DNA of 64,000 bases, from the NCBI RefSeq assembly GCF_026571515.1, contig NW_026861047.1, forward strand, positions 310,001 through 374,000, written 5' to 3'. Numbering within the stretch: the first letter of the stretch is position 1; each line of letters starts with the position of its first letter. The position numbers and the translations under genes were made by a program. Below are positions 13,900 through 27,000 of this stretch, one piece after another. The stretch comes from Ruditapes philippinarum (taxonomy: Eukaryota). The notes under the pieces were generated by a model that was not told the DNA's origin, searched no databases, and saw only the letters and a program-made list of their open reading frames with translations.

Positions 13900-15988
13900 A
13901 TGGAATACTTTAATCTACACGATATTAATATTGGTCTTAAAGATAAAGATGACGAAAGTCATCCGTATGCAAATAAACTAGATATCGATTGTTATGAAAC
14001 TTTAAAAGGAAAGAATATCGTTGAGACAAGTTTAGACGAACATATTTACGATGACGCTGAGAAACAAGATACTGTGTATGAAAATACAGGAAACGTTACA
14101 TCAGATCCTACAATGAGATTGAATACAATGACTAGGCAAAGTGTGGAAAATGAATATACATCATTTGAACCTAGATCTGAGTCTACATATGATACAATTG
14201 ATAGGCAAGTAAAGGAGAGAGAATCGGAAATATATAGTACTATTCCTAGAGAAGATGAAATTCTACGTCCTGAAAGCACTATTGGTATCTATAGAAACCT
14301 GAAATATGTTCGGACTAAGAGGACATCGTGTCTCAGAAGGCGGTGGAAATTGCTGTTACTGTTAGCTATTGTGTTGCTAGTCGCTATAACAGGAGTAATA
14401 ATAGCCGTGGTTCTTGTTACCAACGAAGAAGAAACAGGTGTGTTGCTTTTGAAACTTTTTAAGCTCCGCTTTGAAAATTTAGAGCTTTTGTTATGCCTTG
14501 GCGTTGTCGTCGGTTAATATCTTTAGTTAAGTTTTCGTTTGTGGTTCAAATCATAAATATCACCCAAACTTTCAATCTATATGTAAATTTTGGAGATGAA
14601 CATTGATGCGTTTACCTGCCACACCTATTTTCAGGTCAAAGGTCAAGGTCAATGTGTCAATGTCAATAATGAAAACTAAAAACTGTCCTTTGGCCTATTA
14701 TCTTTAAATTTTGTGTTTAGACGCATCGTGATAATTAACTCTTCGTTTTAATTTTGGGTCCAAAGGACACGATACGAAATAACGTTTGTTAACTTTTTTA
14801 TTAAGTCATCAGCATCAATTGTGACATTATTTGCAGATGCATGTAGAAGAGTTTTGCCTGTCATATCCATGTTTTAGTAAAAAGGTCAAATGTCAATGTT
14901 GCCATTTATCTAAGTTTTCTCTTTTATCTGGAAACTGCAATTTACTATCCGGCATTGAGATCAAAAGAGCGCGCTGCCTTCCAGGCAGTTGAAGAATATA
15001 AACACCGATTTGTTTCTATTTTTTTCTGTGCTGAAAAATACATAAGTATAACGGCAGATATTTAAATAGGTTGCTAAGTTTGGTCACAGAATAATGATGC
15101 TATTGAATTAAACAAGTTTTCAACAATAAAATCATGGTCAGATTATATGAAACCGACAATTCTTAGTATTGTGTTTTTCAAAGTGTTATATGTATATCTA
15201 TTTGAAACACGTGTACTTTAATTATTATTTTAAATCATTAAAAATATCTTTCTGTTTTTCATTACAGTTGAATTTACTGAAAATTTCGATTCTCCAATGG
15301 ACACAATAGATGGTTCAGGATCGGGAGAAGGGCCGGGTAAATTCACTTAAACCACGCACAAAATTTGCCATCGTCGGATACCCTAGGTTGATTAACATGT
15401 AATCAGATAAATGTTAACGGTTCGGTCGTGGGTATCCGACGATGAAAATTTGCAAAACATAATGCATTTGATTCATCCAAATATTAAGAAAAAAACATTG
15501 TTTTTCAGAAGTGTATCTTTCCGCAAGGTATATACCTAGTTTCATCTTGTCCTACGATATGCACGGGACTTTTGTGTCAGCTTTCTAGCCAGTGCTTTCA
15601 TTATTAAATGATTCCGATATACGAGTTTACATCTTATACCTATACCTCGCAAGTAATTGCTTTCTAAAAAATGGTACGTATCTCTAGCAGAGACATTTTT
15701 AAACTAAACTTAAGAATTTAGCTGGAATACGATTTGAAGTGTTCTTGAAAGGAGTTCTTGATTTGTTTCTTTCCATATACATCATTTAATAAAACATGTT
15801 TTGGCAAATTTTTCAAAACAAAAATATCGGCGGGGAGGTAAAAAATATTTTAGCACGTGTCAATGTTTACAAGACGTGCAATAAATTGCAAATAATGTAT
15901 GCCTTGCTGCAAGTTTATGGATACTTATATATTTTTCTTTATATTTACAGATGGTACAGATGCTGTATTGACACCATTTGATGATTAA
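13900..15988 (+). CDS. Uncharacterised type II single-pass membrane protein (~214 aa) with Tyr-motif-rich cytoplasmic N-terminus and short acidic Ser-Gly ectodomain
   Basis: Exons 13900-14437, 15268-15336, 15951-15988 (GT-AG, phase 1/1, 645 nt, ends TAA). In-frame TAA at 13867 upstream of aaaATG; acceptor at ~13837. Basic RTKRTSCLRRRWK precedes a 23-aa hydrophobic TM; C-terminus ..EEETVEFTENFDSPMDTIDGSGSGEGPDGTDAVLTPFDD*. Confidence 0.75.
15369..15444. mobile_element. 76-bp mini-MITE with 15-bp TIR and 9-bp TSD
   Basis: Perfect IR catcgtcggataccc (15369-15383) / gggtatccgacgatg (15430-15444); direct repeat aaaatttgc at 15360-15368 and 15445-15453. Confidence 0.8.
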
Positions 15989-17217
15989 TCACAACATATC
16001 AGAAGTCAGTGCCGACAACATGTTAAACGACTGAGGTGAAAAAGCCTTAAAACTTAAAAATTTGAATTGATCAAGTGAATTACTTAAAATGGAAAAAATT
16101 GCAAAGGATAATTATGAATATACTCAGTTTATAGTTGATGCGAATTTTAGCCCAATTTGAATGAAAAGCGTTGACACCATTTTCATTTTTTGGCCATTTT
16201 GCACATTAATGCTTATTTTGGAAAAACGGTGTGCGGGACTGATCTGGAAATTTGTACACAAATTCAGACCTACATCAAATAGTACACAAATCTCAGAAGT
16301 ATACATTATTGACCGCTGCGGAAAGGGAGTTAGCTGTCCTTCAAACTGCCTTGTTCAATTTTAAAAAATGTCAACCAGTACTCCTGAAATGTTCGAAGCA
16401 CCTTTTTCAAAATTTAAAGGAGAACATGAAGATTTTATCGAAAGTTACACTGGACCAGTTCTTTCACTCGTTGTAGTCCCTTTAATATACATAAATATGC
16501 AACTATATGCGACTGTGATATAACAAGAATGACTATAATAAAAGTATATTAATCCAAGTAAAAATGTAAAATGTATCAAATATATGACTTGCTGCAAATA
16601 CGATATACAATTGCGTCAGACACAAAAAGTACGAATTTAGTTACACATACAACACTATTTTATGAACCCCACGAAGCAATATACTTGCTAACAAAGTTTT
16701 TTTTCTTTTTAAAATGTGTTTTTGGGATTACTCTTATGAACATTTAGCAACAAATTTGGAGCATGCATTCCAAAATCATGCCAGCATCACATCTTAATTG
16801 CTACATATTATTCTTGATAACGGTTGATGGTCACTAGCTTGTTTAAGACGTATTCTTAATGAACATTAAACCACACTTGAGCACTTCCCAAAGAACATAA
16901 AATCACGCATTGTACATTCAATGAAAGAATATTATGACAGAACTAATGTTCTTCGTTCATACTATGTGTTTCCAAGAAGAAAATAAACAAAGCCTATCAA
17001 TACTTTTTTGAGGCACCTTGCATGTTGACAGCAAGTAACTTTGCAACAACTTTGATAACAAATAATATTTCAATCAGAAATAGTATTTAAGTTTTCAATT
17101 AACATCTGCATCCTTGTTTTAGACGGAATCCCAATAAAACAAAACTAGCTGAAGATTTCAAAATCCCTACATTACTTCAACTAAAGTGATATGGGATAAT
17201 TTATACTGTAACATAAA

Positions 17218-17428
17218 TAACCATTAATCTGCTCAATTTGTTTAATGGTTTTGTCCTGCACTGAATTTGGAACAGTTTTATCAAAGTTTAAATGTTTTCA
17301 ATCTCAAATTACAAAATTAAAGCTATCAAGAGTATAGAGCCTGGTCAGAATGTATGGATGTATACGCTGGCCTGGCTGTATACTGATGGAAAAGGATATT
17401 CACACGGTTTCAGCAAGATCAAGGTTAA
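17218..17428 (+). mobile_element. Degenerate TTAA-ended MITE, family C
   Basis: taaccattaatctgctcaattt ... cagcaagatcaaggttaa; homologous to 31030-31372 and 38503-38751; shares the agcctg.tcag..tg..ggatg...gctgg.ctgg motif with family A. Confidence 0.55.
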
Positions 17429-18688
17429 TTACTTTTAGAGTATTCTATAAATATAGTACAGGCTTCTTAAATACAAACAAACATGTAGTGATGATAATCA
17501 ATCCGAACTTTTGTAAAAAAATCCAAAACAGAGTTTGCTGAAAATATTTATATCTTTTTATTCAATTTTCATAAATACATAATTACAAAACAATATATTT
17601 GTAAATATTTCATTACAAAACAACAAGTGTATTCAAATATCTGATACTTATAAACAACAAAGAGCACTGAGTTATATCAATGCCACATTTTGACTTCTTA
17701 TAATCTCAGAATAAGACTATATATAATAGTTTAACATAATATATACATGTACATGATAATCAATTCACAATTGCACTGGTCCCTCAATCATAGCACTATA
17801 TCATAATCAATTTTGCAATCTTTTCTATAATGTTTCAAAAAAGCCATTAAACTGAATGTATCAAAACACAATAAAACTTGGTATATACAAATAAAAGCAC
17901 AGTAAGAGTGGGACAAGATAGACAGAAAGCTAGAAATAAATCTTTCAAAGGGGGAGAACTATTATTTAAATTTAACAATAATACTATATGGCCATGTGAC
18001 CACAGATTTTTTAGAGACTTACTAAGTATAAAAAGAATCTAAATTTATTTTCCTAAATAATTATAGCATATATAAATTATCTGACTTTTGGCTGAGCCAG
18101 TTTTGACCCAAGACTTACATAATTATTAACCTTTGTAGAGGACATGGACATGCTACAAGCAGAAGAGTAATTTGCACTTGGAACTGCAGTAATCACAAGA
18201 TTTTTATGACATCTGATCTATTTAAGGCTATATAAACTTAAGGAAGCCCCCAACAACACCCGTCCCCATTTTTGCCTTCCAATTCCCAGGGTACTTTTAC
18301 AAAAAAAAAGACTTATTTAAAAAAAAAATTGTTTTCTGATAGTCTATTTAAGCATAATGACCCCATCAGCAAGACTCTTTTTTGTATAAATCAAAGAGAG
18401 AAGAAGTTTAATTTATTTAACTATGATAATAATGAATAGGAATTGATGTTTTATACTTAGAATATAATCAATATTTATTTTCAAATGTTATTTATCTGAA
18501 GTTGAAAAGTTTAAGCATCACAATGTCTAAAATTAGAAATTTCTTTTGGCTTTACACAATATCTCACAACATTAATCAAATGAAAATTACACTATGAAAA
18601 TACTGCCCATCTATTCCTCCAAACACATTTTGAACACAAGTTCAAGCCTTATACAAATTATGCACAGTTCTTCAAGTAGAATAAAAAA

Positions 18689-18996
18689 AACAAGAGCTGT
18701 CGTTAGGACAGCATGCTGGACTATTCTCAGTGTTTGAGAGTTGAACAAAAGCCTAGAAAGATAATGTAGAATATTCTAAGTTCAAAAAGGCCATAATTCT
18801 GTCAAAATATATGTTAAGAGTTATGGCTCTTAGAAAGTAACATCCTATCAATCTCTCAAATAAGTCTGTTAAGTTTCAATCCATTTCTGTCAGTAGTTTT
18901 GAAAATACCAACTTACATGCAAAAACTTAGCCAAAGTGTGACTCTGACACCTAAGTGAGTACAATAGCTCACCCTATTCTTCGAATAGTCGAGCTT
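18689..18996 (+). mobile_element. Helentron-type non-autonomous element (HINE/pearl-like), short copy
   Basis: 5' aacaagagctgtc..gacagc..gactattc; 3' hairpin ctattcttcgaatag followed by tcgagct; same termini as 53709-54014 and 55215-56180. Confidence 0.65.
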
Positions 18997-19134
18997 ATAA
19001 AATAATTTCATATAATGAAACACTTTTAAAACTGGCACATTTCTCAATATACATTGTACATGTATTAAGAATTTACGAGTTAAAAAGTTGCACCATAACC
19101 ATTGCTTGAGTGATTACACTCTAAAACATTAATA

Positions 19135-20999
19135 AACTAGAACTATCACTAAATGTGATTAATACCCCCACAAGTCTGCTTCGGAAATGAGGATGTTACT
19201 AGTAACAGAATACCTTGTAAAAGAATTGAAACATAGAGTTATGGTTGTGGGCAATTAAAAATAATTGTGGTTCATGTATGTTGCATTTCCTTTCAATGTG
19301 GTTGGCCATTGATGAAGTTTAATTGAATTACTCTGTAATAAGTCCAGAAAGACAAAGACAAAGAACAAAGGGCAAACACTCTATAAATACTGAAGATAGA
19401 GTTATAGTTCTTGTGCACTGCACTTCCTCTTATTGTGCTTGACCATTGTATGAAGTTGTTTTGAATTCCAACCAGTACGTTTTAAGTTATGCTCCTGACA
19501 AGGAAAAGTATCAAAGGGAAGTAACTCTGTATTTTGTCAAAATGGAGTTATGGCTCTTGTGCACTGCACTTCCTTTGAATGTCCTTGACAACTGTATGAA
19601 GTTGTACTGAATTCCAAACAGTAGTTTTCAAGTTATGCTCTGGACAAGGAAAAGTAACAAAGGGCAGTAACTCTGTAATTAGTCAAGATGGAGTTATGGT
19701 TCTTATGCACTGCACTTCCTCTCAATGTGCTTGACCATTGTATGAAGTTATAATGAATTCCAACAATAAGTCTTCAAGTTATGGTCCGGACAAAAGAAAG
19801 CAATGGAAAAGTAACAAAGGGCAATAACTCTGTAATTAGTCAAGATGGAGTTATGGTTCTTGTGCACTGCACTTCCCCTTATTGTGCTTGACCATTGTAT
19901 GAAGTTGTTTTGAATTCCAACCAGTAGTTTTAAAGTCATGCTCTGGACAAGGAAAATAAACAAAGGGCAGTAACTCTGTAATAAGTCAAAATGGAGTTAT
20001 GGTTCTTGTGCACTGCACTTCCTCTCAATGTGCTGGACCATTGTATGAAGTTATAATGAATTCCAACAATTAGTCTTCAAGTTTAATGATGGTCCGGACA
20101 ATAGAAAGCAATGGAAAAGTAATAAAGGGCAAAAACTCTGTAATTACTTTAGATAGAGTTATGGTTCTTATGCACTGCACTTCCTCTCAATGTGCTTGAC
20201 CATTGTATGTAGTTATATTGAATTCCAACCATTAGTCTTCAAGTTATGCTCCGGACAAAAAAAAGAAGGCAATTGAAAAGCAACAAAGGGCAATAACTCT
20301 GTAATTACTTTAGATAGAGTTATGGTTCTTGTGCACTGCACTTCCCCTTTTTGTGTTTGACAACTGTATGAAGTTGTTTTGAATTCCAACCAGTAGTTTT
20401 CAAGTTATGCCACGGACAAGGAAAAGTAACAAAGGGCAATAACTCTGTAATTAGTCAAGATAGAGTTATGTTTCTTACGCACTGCACTTCCTCTCAATGT
20501 GCTTGACCATTGTATGTAGTTATATTGAATTCCAACCATTAGTCTTCAAGTTATGCTCCGGACAAGGAAAATGCAACGGACAAAAAAAAAAGCAATGGAA
20601 AAGCAACAAAGGGCAATAACTCTGTAATTACTTTAGATAGAGTTATGGTTCTTGTGCACTGCACTTCCCCTTATTGTGTTTGACAATTGTATGAAGTTGT
20701 TTTGAATTCCAACCAGTAGTTTTCAAGTTATGCCCCGGACAAGGAAAATTAACAAAGGGCAATAACTCTGTAATTAGTCAAGATAGAGTTATGGTTATTG
20801 TGCACTGCACTTCCTCTCAATGTGCTTGACCATTGTATGTAATTATATTGAATTCCAACCATTAGTTTTCAAGTTATGCTCCGGACAAGGAAAATGCAAC
20901 GGACGTCTGGACCGACCGACCGACCGACCGACCGACCAACCGACCGACCACCAGGTGACTCCTATATACCCCCCCAAACTTTGTTTTTGGGGGTATAAT
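19135..20999 (+). mobile_element. HINE/pearl-like element with internal satellite array (~10-11 units of ~146-178 bp)
   Basis: 5' aactagaactatcac..gtgattaataccccc; unit gagttatggttcttgtgcactgcacttcc..gaattccaacc..ggacaaggaaaagtaacaaagggcaataactctgtaatt; (GACC)n at ~20910-20949; 3' palindrome tacccccccaaactttgtttttgggggtata. Lies just downstream of the SNX29 stop codon. Confidence 0.8.
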
Positions 21000-21095
21000 T
21001 ACTTTCAAACTAAAAGAACAATGTTGTTTTTCATGTGTTATTGACAGTTTCTTTATAATTAACAAACATATTACACAGAATTTCTGTAATTAAGG

Positions 21096-24000
21096 TTATA
21101 AACCAGAGTATTGTTCAGGTATGGGAGCTGCTTGCCTTGGACTAGAAGACAAAGGTGTCCTTTGACCATCTGACTTCTTTTTCTTCTTGTCCTTTTCTGC
21201 TATTTTGTCACTGAAAAGAACATGCTTCTGATAAATATATAAAAAAATCAGAGCTGGATGATATGATATAAGCAAAGAAAGGAAGATAACTCTGTAAAAA
21301 TGCATGGCAGAATTGCATGCCTTTAATAATGAACAAGTAGTTTAACTTAAAAGTCCATATCTGAGACACTTCATGAGAAAATTAAGAAAGTATTCTAATA
21401 TTCTAAATCTAATAAGACAAATAATTAGGTGAAAATGACCTTAAGAATTATCTTCCCTTTCTAATTTTGATAGTGAACAAGTATTCCAAGTTTAGTTTAA
21501 AAATATAACATTATGTTGATAGTGAACAAGTATTCCAAGTTTAGTTTAAAAATATAACATTATGTTGATAGTGAACAAGTATTCCAAGTTTAGTTTAAAA
21601 ATATAACATTATGTTGATAGTGAACAAGTATTCCAAGTTTTGTTTAAAAATATAACATTATGTTGATAGTGAACAAGTATTCAAAGTTTAGTTTAAAAAT
21701 AAAACATTATGTTGAGATACGAACCTGAACAAAAAGGTTAACCAAAACATTCTAAAAGAAAATTGGGCTAACCAAACCTTACAATAAATAATATGTTAAC
21801 ATAATGGATTTTTTATGCTGTGTTTGGGTCGATTTGAGTGAACTGAGTTGCACCACTTTTCAATTTGGGGTCAATTTGTGCATTATAATTGATTTTTGAC
21901 TGTAAGAAGCGGAGTGCGTGGATGATCTGAAATTTTGTACACAAGATATTGGTACAGACCTTCATCAAGTTGTTCAGACATTTAAAAAAAAATATTTTCA
22001 GTTCCTACATGTCAAAAAACCTCAGTGGAGTCCCTTTAAATCATTACATCAAGATATAAGACAACCAATCTGTCCATTTTTGCATGTTCATTTTCAATCC
22101 AAGGGAGATAAATACTGCAAGGAGGATACTATTGAGTGAACATACAGTATATTGACCTTTTCAATTGGATATAAAAATTTAAGGGGAGATAAATATGCAA
22201 AACTTGCAAGGTTTTCTTAAAATAATTACTCATTTTGCATAGTTTGTTTATAATTGTGAGATTATACAATGGTAAATATTTATTTTCAACTTGATAAAAA
22301 CTTACCTGAAGAAATCTAGAACATCTAACAAAGTTTGTTTACAGGGATTGGTGGACAACCTTGAATCTTTTTCTAGAATATGATTGATTAAACATCTAAG
22401 GTATGTCTGAAATTGAACTCGTCTTCCCTCAACTACTTTACTGTCCTGAAATATATAGACATTCATAATATCTTCATAAAGTAAGCATATAATTAATTTT
22501 TACAGAGAATAAATGAACAATAGACTTACAAAAGGAATGGAGAACACTATAACGGCTGCCTAAAAGTAGAGATACCCCTTTTTTTAAAGTATTATTCCTT
22601 TTGGCTTACAAATTAAAAACCTTTAAATTAACAGGCCATCAGGTACAAATCAAACAGTCTATTTGAGTCAAACTATAGAGTTTTTTTACCTTTTACCTGC
22701 TATGAAAAAAGTTTTAAAATCTTAATATATTACTTGAATTATTTCATATTATTCCCTAAAACAGACTTTTCAATCAACAAGAACTTTTGAAGCATATAAA
22801 AACACTTTGCAATTCTATATATCTGATATTAGATAATACCGGTGTCTACAAAGGTGTATGAAGTTTATTTTTGTTAACAAAGAAACAATATAAAACTCTT
22901 TGTTACCTTTTTACCAAATGTTTTCTTTTGCGGAAATTCAAATTTTCCAGTAAGCGGATGTTTCTTTTTCATTGCAGCATGTAACTCATTAAACTGCTTG
23001 TAGCGTTTATAAACATTCCATTCTTCATCTTTTATTCTTACATATACCTACAGTACAAGACATATAGTAATTAAAGGCCCATTATGTTCCAGAAATGATT
23101 TTATTTTAGTTACTCAAAAAAATAAATAAAATATTTTTGGTGTCTTGATAAAGTTTCAAAAAGGGTTACACATTAGCCAATTATCTGAAACATCTTTCTT
23201 TTCTGTTGTGTTCTGGCAATTAATACAGTTACTGTGATTTAGTAGTTTGTATGGAAGTCAAAATACTACTTTGTTTACATTTTGCTACTTTAGTGACCAA
23301 TATTTTCATATTCAGCTCTTATTTATTAAGATAATAAGTATCTAACATGCTCTTAAACCATTATTTAAATGTTATAAAACTAATGTTTGCCCTTTTTCAA
23401 GAAGGAAACTTTTATTTGTTTCTGAAGCATATTGGGCCTTTAAAGTAAATTTTCAGAGTCTTTCTTTGATGAAAATGTCAAGCTTTATTTCCTGCTATGC
23501 AGTTTTCCTAGTGTTAAAATTTCCTCTGGTATAAACTTATAAATGAATGGCAGGAAATACAACTTGAATGTTAAAAGATATAATGAATAAGGATGTCAAA
23601 AGAGCTTAATTATTTGACAGACAACCTGTTCTAAGAAATTAAAATTATTATCACACTACATTCAAAGAAAATATAATTGACTTGATTTTCATGTGTTTAA
23701 ATTGCATCATTTTTTATTTATATAATAATAATATCATTTTTGATTTCCTAACCAAGAACTTAAATATTGTACAAAATATATCCCAATTTGTTACTTTGTT
23801 CTAGTAAGACAAACAAATGTTTTATGTTACAATAAAATATTGAATTATCTGAATATACCTGATAAACATGATAGGTGTCAGCACCAGATCCTCTGAGAAA
23901 AGCTGATGGTATCCATACATTAATCAGACTGGTTTGCTGTATACTCAAACTGTAAGGTAATAAAAAATACATATATTACAATAAAAATTTCTTGAAATTC

Positions 24001-27000
24001 AAGCCTTGATAGAATAGCCTTAATAAAACAGCTTAAATAAAGATACTGATCAAATGAAGGAATGTTCTTTGTAGACATGAAATCTTAAAGGCAGATATAC
24101 ATTGTATGTTTCACTCAAATACAAAAGAGTTTTTTAATATTTGGTCTTCATTCTCAAGTGTCCTTTAGCATTGGATTTAACTTCATATATAGTCATATAG
24201 ATTTTGAAGTAAATGATGCAGATTGAACCTACAAAAATACATGTTTTAAACTAGCCTGAACTTTCTATAGATTTATCATATACCTAGAAGTGGTAATGAA
24301 ATGTACATGTTAATACTACGTCTAGATATTGTTACATCTCTAAGATTTTATTTCCAGATGACGCATAATGGCAATAAAATGCTTACATTATATAGCGTGA
24401 CTTATTAACAAAGTAAAATTTACCTTTCTGCACCCATGGCCAATAAATCATCTGTAAAGTTAATGTCATGTGGTAACTGAAAAAGTAATATATGAAACAA
24501 CATATAAAACAATAAGAAACTTTTTTTTTAATCAATAAAATTAGACAAAATCTTCTTTTAACAAACTTTTCACAAATTGAACTCACTTAGTTTCTATCTA
24601 TCAGGAAAAAAGTAAGGAAAACTCCTATTAGACATTATATTCTGCCTTTTAAGATATCAAGTATGAAAACAGGACTTACTGGTCCTCTAAGGTCAACAAG
24701 TTCATTCTGTAGTCGTTTGAGCATATTTTCTCTGAGGTTCAGCTGACGATGTAACAACTCGTTGAATTCCATTAGTTCTCCGTGCATTTCAGCAACCTAT
24801 GTAAGAAATTTGAAAATGAAAAGAAATGTGTTATCAATAATTGATTCTACTTTTAATCATAACTTATGATCAAAGACTAAAACAGGCTGTAAATATCTGA
24901 AGTGTAACAATGATCTTTAATATTGGCTGGTTTATTTTTCCATTTGATACTAAACTCCCTTAAATCAATTCAATTCAACACTTTTATTATACAAAAGGCC
25001 TCCTGCCCATACACAGTGCATAAAATATACAATATAAAATCTTATTGCTGGAGATATACATTGTAGTAATGGTCAAATTTTTAACAATTATACAGTACAA
25101 TCTGAATATACATTATTCAAAACATTTAAGGACATTATCTCTTTTCTTTCATTGCATAATAAATATACATAGCAACACTACGTATCAATAACTCGTTTTC
25201 AGTTACCATCAAAGAGTAGAACTTTTCAACAGTCGGATATTGATTGTAATACAATGGTATATATAATGAACGTAAAATTACATGTAAAGAACAAATGATA
25301 AGAAAGTGATACTCGTCCTCTAACACTGATTCACAATACATACAATCAAGATGTTCTCTATCAATATTAAAATCAACAATTTATAATTCTAATTTTGATT
25401 TGAAGAAGAGTAAGTTCAATACACAAATTAATCAGTGAAAGATTAAATAAATACAATGCAATGCATTTGATGCCTTTAATCCTATTTACATACAAAGCAT
25501 GAATTTAAAAGGCTAGCTTGAAATGCATTTATATTATATGGAAAATGATGTCAAGAGAAGCAGAACAATCATCAAAATACTCACCTGTATAAGTTTTTTC
25601 TCGTATTCCTCCGCCTCATGACTATAATCTGTCTTTGGTTTCTCAGGTGGAATAGTGGGTTGTGGTTCTTCTACGTGAATCCCCAAACTCACTATAATTA
25701 TAGTATTATATTATGTAAGTAACATTTAATGAAAGGTTAATAGCAGATGTATAAAAAGGTATGTTCATAAAAATTATATATTTGTATATAATATTTAATT
25801 TGAAATTATTCTTATTGAAAACATAATGCTTTTTGCGGCAGCTTAACATATCAATGTCTCAGAATTTCAGTATTACCCTGCAGACCATGGTCATATATGG
25901 ACCATGTTCAATTCCATACTGTCACAAATGTCACTTAAATTTATTGCCATTGACAAATTTTATCACTTACATCTAAAAACGTATAATATGAAATGCTCCA
26001 AAGTTTATAAATGATTGATTCTATTTGTAATTATGATAAGCATAATGAAGAAAGCAAAATGCTTATTTCAAAATGATAGAAAGTTTAAAATCAAAACAAT
26101 ATATATTTACCATCAACAGTAGTTCCCTCAGTTCGTAACATCTGTACAGCATTCACATATTTCCTTAGCTGATGTTTTAACAACTCATTTTCTCTAAAAT
26201 ATACAAATATATAGAGGATATTGAATGAGTGTAAGTTTAATACTAACACCAATTTAAAATTCTATTTATCACATACCAAAAATAAAGACCATTTAGAAGT
26301 AAAAAAGAAACATATTTCATTGACACACCTAATAGTAAAAAGCTAACATTCAGAGTGTCTCAATGCTATGTTTATATAAGCAAATGAGATCATGTCAAAA
26401 TATATGCATGGCCTTACTATTCCTTTTAAACGGAGTCACAAATGCAGCATGGGTATGTGATAATATGTAGTTTAACTGTTAATCTGCTGGCTGCCATCTG
26501 TTGCATTAATGCTGTGACCAGTGCACCCATTTATGCATTTAGGCTATGTAGGTGTAGTAAGTAAAGTATATCAGATTTATAAATGACATCAATTATCTCT
26601 ACAAAAGTATCTCAGTCATGTACTTCAAAGACTTAATTAGAGCATGCTCTTGAATACTACATCATGTCTTTTCTGTCTTTTATAAGTAACTTCTAACTTC
26701 TCATCAAATCTTTATCAGTACAAATAATTAGAATATCTTTGTCACGAAATACTGTTGTCACTAAATATTTTCTCAATAAGTAATTTTGCATGTACATGAT
26801 ATTACATCTATAATTTGCATTTCTTAATACTGGATGTTAGTATAAGACTTTAAGTCATATATATGATCATATTTGATTTCACATACTTCTGTAATGCCTG
26901 TAGTTTAGCCTGTTCCTTCTCATGTCTGGTAGTTTCTGTATGCTTCATATCCTCAATCTCCGCCCTCAGTATAGACGACGCCTCCATTTCCTGTTCCAAC

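Noticed and set aside
21469-21713. CRISPR-like 49-bp repeats
   Set aside because: Head-to-tail identical units without spacers.
24190-24228. Alternative PX-less terminal exon of SNX29 (ttttgtag|..stop); similar candidate at ~35000
   Set aside because: Only an acceptor-like motif followed by an early stop; such matches are frequent in AT-rich introns.
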